From Acidobacteriota bacterium (lineage in GTDB: Bacteria; Acidobacteriota; Vicinamibacteria; Vicinamibacterales; CAVVIG01): 45,029 bases of DNA. Both the position numbers and the translations under genes were made by a program. Shown piece after piece: positions 42,311 to 45,029 of the stretch. Positions within the stretch are counted from its first letter, which is position 1; the number at the start of each line of letters is the position of its first letter. The stretch is from contig JBKPSC010000081.1 in assembly GCA_046734915.1 (NCBI GenBank), forward strand, positions 1 through 45,029. Reading direction: 5' to 3'. The notes beneath the pieces were generated by a model. It was not told the origin of the DNA. It searched no databases and worked only from the letters and a program-made list of their open reading frames with translations.

Positions 42311-42347
42311 GCCTCCCTGCCCACCCCGCCCGTCCTGCCCTCCCCGC
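42311..42347. repeat. C-rich repeat arm (element G), reverse complement of part of element F
   Basis: The reverse complement of gcctccctgcccaccccgcccgtcctgccctccccgc contains ggtgggcagggaggc, compared with gtggggcagggaggc in F. It ends 8 nt before the convergent stop codon. Confidence 0.75.
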
Positions 42348-42355
42348 GCGTCAGT

Positions 42356-42763
42356 TCATTTCCACCCCGTCGGCTTCCGGGTGAATCGCGCCGGGAGTGC
42401 CGGCTTGCGTTCTGGCGTGGCCTGTGCCTCCCCGGCAGCCAGGCTAATCTCCCGTTCGAGCTCTTCTTCGTTGGGCAGACCGGCGAGTTGATCGACGAAG
42501 AGCAGTGAGTGCTGCGACGGGATCTCGAATTTCTTGCCGCACGTCTTGCACACGACCTCGTCATCGAGGCGCAACAAGTAGTCCCGGAGCTTGGCGAACT
42601 TCGCGCGGTCGGCGTCATCGGTTCCCGGCGGCAGGCGATCTTTCTTCGACCGCCGCACCCAGCGGATGCTGTAGTCGCCGGTTCGATGACATCTCGGACA
42701 CTGGTAGCGTCCCTGACGCGTCTCCGGTCTGTCGGTGAAGAAGGCTCGTTCGTCGAGACTCAT
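42356..42763 (-). CDS. Hypothetical zinc-ribbon protein (135 aa)
   Basis: ATG at 42763. The paired motifs CPRC (YQCPRCHRTG) and CKTC (VVCKTCGKKF) suggest a 4-Cys zinc ribbon. No family recognised. Confidence 0.55.
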   Translation of the reverse strand: MSLDERAFFTDRPETRQGRYQCPRCHRTGDYSIRWVRRSKKDRLPPGTDDADRAKFAKLRDYLLRLDDEVVCKTCGKKFEIPSQHSLLFVDQLAGLPNEEELEREISLAAGEAQATPERKPALPARFTRKPTGWK

Positions 42764-42792
42764 GCACCACAAGATAGCAACGACGGCGGCGT

Positions 42793-43938
42793 TTGGCGAG
42801 TCGTTCAGGTGCGCTACACTGCGATCCACTTAGGAGATCACTCGCCCTCATTTTTGGCCTCAGAGCACTCGAGTTCGCGACCGCAACCCCGCAGGCTCAG
42901 CAGCCCGCCGCGGTACCCACACCAACGGACGTCAAGCCAGGCAGCATCACTTGCGAAGACGTACCGTATCCCTATCCCGTCTCGTACCTGCCGCTCACGC
43001 TCTACGGGCAGGACGTGCGCATGGCCTATATGGACGCGGCCCCCATCGGCCAGCCCAACGGCCACATGGTGATGCTCTTCCACGGCAACAACTTCGCCGG
43101 CTTCTACTTCGGCGGCCCGATCGACGCCCTGCGCCGCGCCGGCTTCCGTGTCATCTCCCCCGATCAGATTGGCTACGGTCGCTCGTCGAAACCGATCATT
43201 CCCTACAACTTCCACGACATGGCCCGGAACAGCCGCGCGATCTTGCAGAGCCTGGCGATCGACAAGGCGATGATCGTCGGGCATTCGATGGGCGGTATGC
43301 TCGCGGCGAGGTTCGCGACACAGTATCCCGACGTCACCGAGCGGCTGGTGCTCTACAACCCGATCGGGCTGAACGATCCCCGATACGACCGGCCCTGGGA
43401 CAGCACCGACGAAGCCTACAAGCGCACGCTGGCCGGCACCTATCAGTCCATTCGTGCCGGCATCCAGCGGTACGTCGCCCACAATCCGGCGGCGTGGACG
43501 CCAGAGTTCGAGAACTACACGACGATTCGCTATTCGTGGACGCTCGGCGCTGACTGGCCGCGGCTGGCGATGGTACAGACGCTTCTGAGCCAGGTTCAGT
43601 ACCTGGATCAAGTCATCTACGACTGGCCGCACATCAAGGCGCCGACGCTCGTCTTCGGCGGCGCCGACGATTTTCTCGCCGGGACGCCAGCGGTCTTCCA
43701 GGAACGAATGAAGTACATCTCGCAGACCATCCCGAACGGCAAAGCCCGTTTGCTGCTCCTGCCGGGCCTCGGCCACGTGCCGCACCTCGAGGCGCCGGAA
43801 AAGACGCTCCCGCCGCTCGTAGCGTTTCTGAAGGAGGGATCTGACTTACCGCAACCGAATGGCTCGCGGGCTGACCCGCCTTACGCGTGCACGTCTGCGA
43901 ACGCGCCACGCGCCGCCGCAATTGTGGCGTCGACGTGA
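42793..43938 (+). CDS. Alpha/beta hydrolase
   Basis: HGNNF (oxyanion region), the GHSMGG nucleophile elbow, and LGHVPHLE. The only in-frame start before the fold is TTG at 42793. The last 58 nt overlap the 3' end of hemL. Confidence 0.8.
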   Translation: MASRSGALHCDPLRRSLALIFGLRALEFATATPQAQQPAAVPTPTDVKPGSITCEDVPYPYPVSYLPLTLYGQDVRMAYMDAAPIGQPNGHMVMLFHGNNFAGFYFGGPIDALRRAGFRVISPDQIGYGRSSKPIIPYNFHDMARNSRAILQSLAIDKAMIVGHSMGGMLAARFATQYPDVTERLVLYNPIGLNDPRYDRPWDSTDEAYKRTLAGTYQSIRAGIQRYVAHNPAAWTPEFENYTTIRYSWTLGADWPRLAMVQTLLSQVQYLDQVIYDWPHIKAPTLVFGGADDFLAGTPAVFQERMKYISQTIPNGKARLLLLPGLGHVPHLEAPEKTLPPLVAFLKEGSDLPQPNGSRADPPYACTSANAPRAAAIVAST

Positions 43939-45029
43939 CGCCGTGTGTGCGCCGCTGAGAGAAACCACGCCTCGAATTGTGACGGAGGCAGGTAGATGCC
44001 CCGTGAGAGCATGCCTCGAAAAAACCGCGCGTAGGCCTGCGTGTCGGCGCTCGTCGCCGAACGATAGTCGCGCACGGGCTCGGTCGTGAAGAACGGCGTG
44101 AGCAGCGACCCGAACGCATTGATCTGTACGTTGACGCCAGCGTCGCGAGCCGCGTCAGCCAGACCGGCGGCGAGTCTCGTCGTCAGCGCCGCCAGCGATC
44201 TGTACAGCGAGGGTTTCAACTGCGACAGGCACCACAGCCCCGCGGTCATCGCCAGAGGATTCCCCGACAAGGTGCCTGCCTGGTAGACGGGGCCTTCGGG
44301 CGAGACGAGCGCCATCAGATCGGCCCGGCCGCCATATGCGCCCACCGGAAGTCCGCCCCCGATGATCTTCCCAAGGCAGGTCAGATCAGGGCGAACGCCG
44401 GCGAGCGCCTGCGCGCCTCCGGGCCCCGCCCTGAATCCAGAAATGACTTCGTCGAAGACGAGCAGAGTGCCGTGCGCGTCACACAGCTCGCGCAGCCCGC
44501 GCAGAAAGCCCGCCGCCGGCGGAACCAGTCCCATGTTGCCGGCGATCGGCTCGACGATGACCGCGGCCACGTCACCGCGATTCGCCGCCAGCATGCGCTC
44601 GACTGACCCGAGATCGTTGTAGCTGGCGATCAGCGTGTCGTTGGCCGCGCCGCGCGTCACGCCCGGGCTCGTCGGCACGCCGAACGTCAGCGCGCCCGAG
44701 CCTGCCTGCACGAGGAACCCGTCGGCGTGGCCGTGATAACAGCCCTCGAACTTGATGAGCTTCTCGCGCTTCATCGCCGCGCGCGCGACGCGCACGGCGC
44801 TCATGGTCGCTTCCGTGCCCGAGCTGACGAAGCGGACGCGCTCGAGCGACGGCATCAACTGACGCACTTTCTCGGCGAGCTGGACTTCGAGCGGACTGGG
44901 CGCGCCATAGCTGGTACCGAGGCGTGTCGCGTCGGCAAGCGCCTTCACGAGTCCCCGCGGCGCGTGGCCGTGGATGAGCGGTCCCCACGACATGACGTAG
45001 TCGATATAGGTGTTGCCGTCGACGTCCCG
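43881..45029 (-). CDS. hemL: Glutamate-1-semialdehyde 2,1-aminomutase (5' end outside the window)
   Basis: SWGPLIHGH, VSSGTEATMSAVRVARA, FDEVISGFR and LGKIIGGGLPVGAYGG (PLP Lys). The frame stays open to the window edge. Confidence 0.92.
   Translation of the reverse strand, partial: RDVDGNTYIDYVMSWGPLIHGHAPRGLVKALADATRLGTSYGAPSPLEVQLAEKVRQLMPSLERVRFVSSGTEATMSAVRVARAAMKREKLIKFEGCYHGHADGFLVQAGSGALTFGVPTSPGVTRGAANDTLIASYNDLGSVERMLAANRGDVAAVIVEPIAGNMGLVPPAAGFLRGLRELCDAHGTLLVFDEVISGFRAGPGGAQALAGVRPDLTCLGKIIGGGLPVGAYGGRADLMALVSPEGPVYQAGTLSGNPLAMTAGLWCLSQLKPSLYRSLAALTTRLAAGLADAARDAGVNVQINAFGSLLTPFFTTEPVRDYRSATSADTQAYARFFRGMLSRGIYLPPSQFEAWFLSAAHTRRHVDATIAAARGAFADVHA

Noticed and set aside
43881-43938. 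The 58-nt tail-to-tail overlap of the alpha/beta hydrolase and hemL as a regulatory antisense device.
   Set aside because: The hydrolase fold appears complete well before the overlap (…LVAFLKEG). The extra approximately 40 residues are low-complexity, so the overlap is most simply a late stop codon, and nothing else supports regulation.

Overview
GC-rich bacterial chromosomal segment (roughly two-thirds G+C by eye). It is most plausibly Acidobacteriota, because it carries two ADOP-type MacB/FtsX permeases, one directly behind a PadR regulator. I support about 40 protein-coding genes. I found no rRNA, tRNA, CRISPR array, transposase or integrase. Housekeeping content is pyrE, truA, uppS-cdsA-dxr-rseP and a 5'-truncated hemL. 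Accessory content includes four hydrolases with twin-arginine leaders (Php/PTE-like, MBL-fold, dienelactone-hydrolase-like and a 661-aa unknown). It also includes a YehZ/OpuC-type osmoprotectant ABC system with a fused permease/binding protein plus a sodium:solute symporter, mntH-usp, a TPR-GAF sigma-54 activator, two glycosyltransferases, TolC, a TonB_C protein and several beta-barrel or secreted hypotheticals. Four things stand out. (1) Six intergenic spacers are filled almost exactly by long imperfect palindromes whose arms are tandem 8-9 nt units. The unit differs at each locus, and one copy is split by about 390 bp of ORF-less DNA. (2) A tight three-gene redox module encodes a cNMP-binding/Grx-like/TrxR-like flavoprotein with no redox-active cysteine pair, a bacterial UBP-type zinc finger, and a Rieske-FAD reductase fusion. 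(3) An orphan 'permease prefix' mini-gene is translationally coupled to the 3' end of a prefix-less ADOP permease. (4) A good -24/-12 (sigma-54) promoter match precedes a secreted glycine-zipper protein, and a sigma-54 activator lies in the same window. All functional calls rest on motif recognition by eye. No database search was run.
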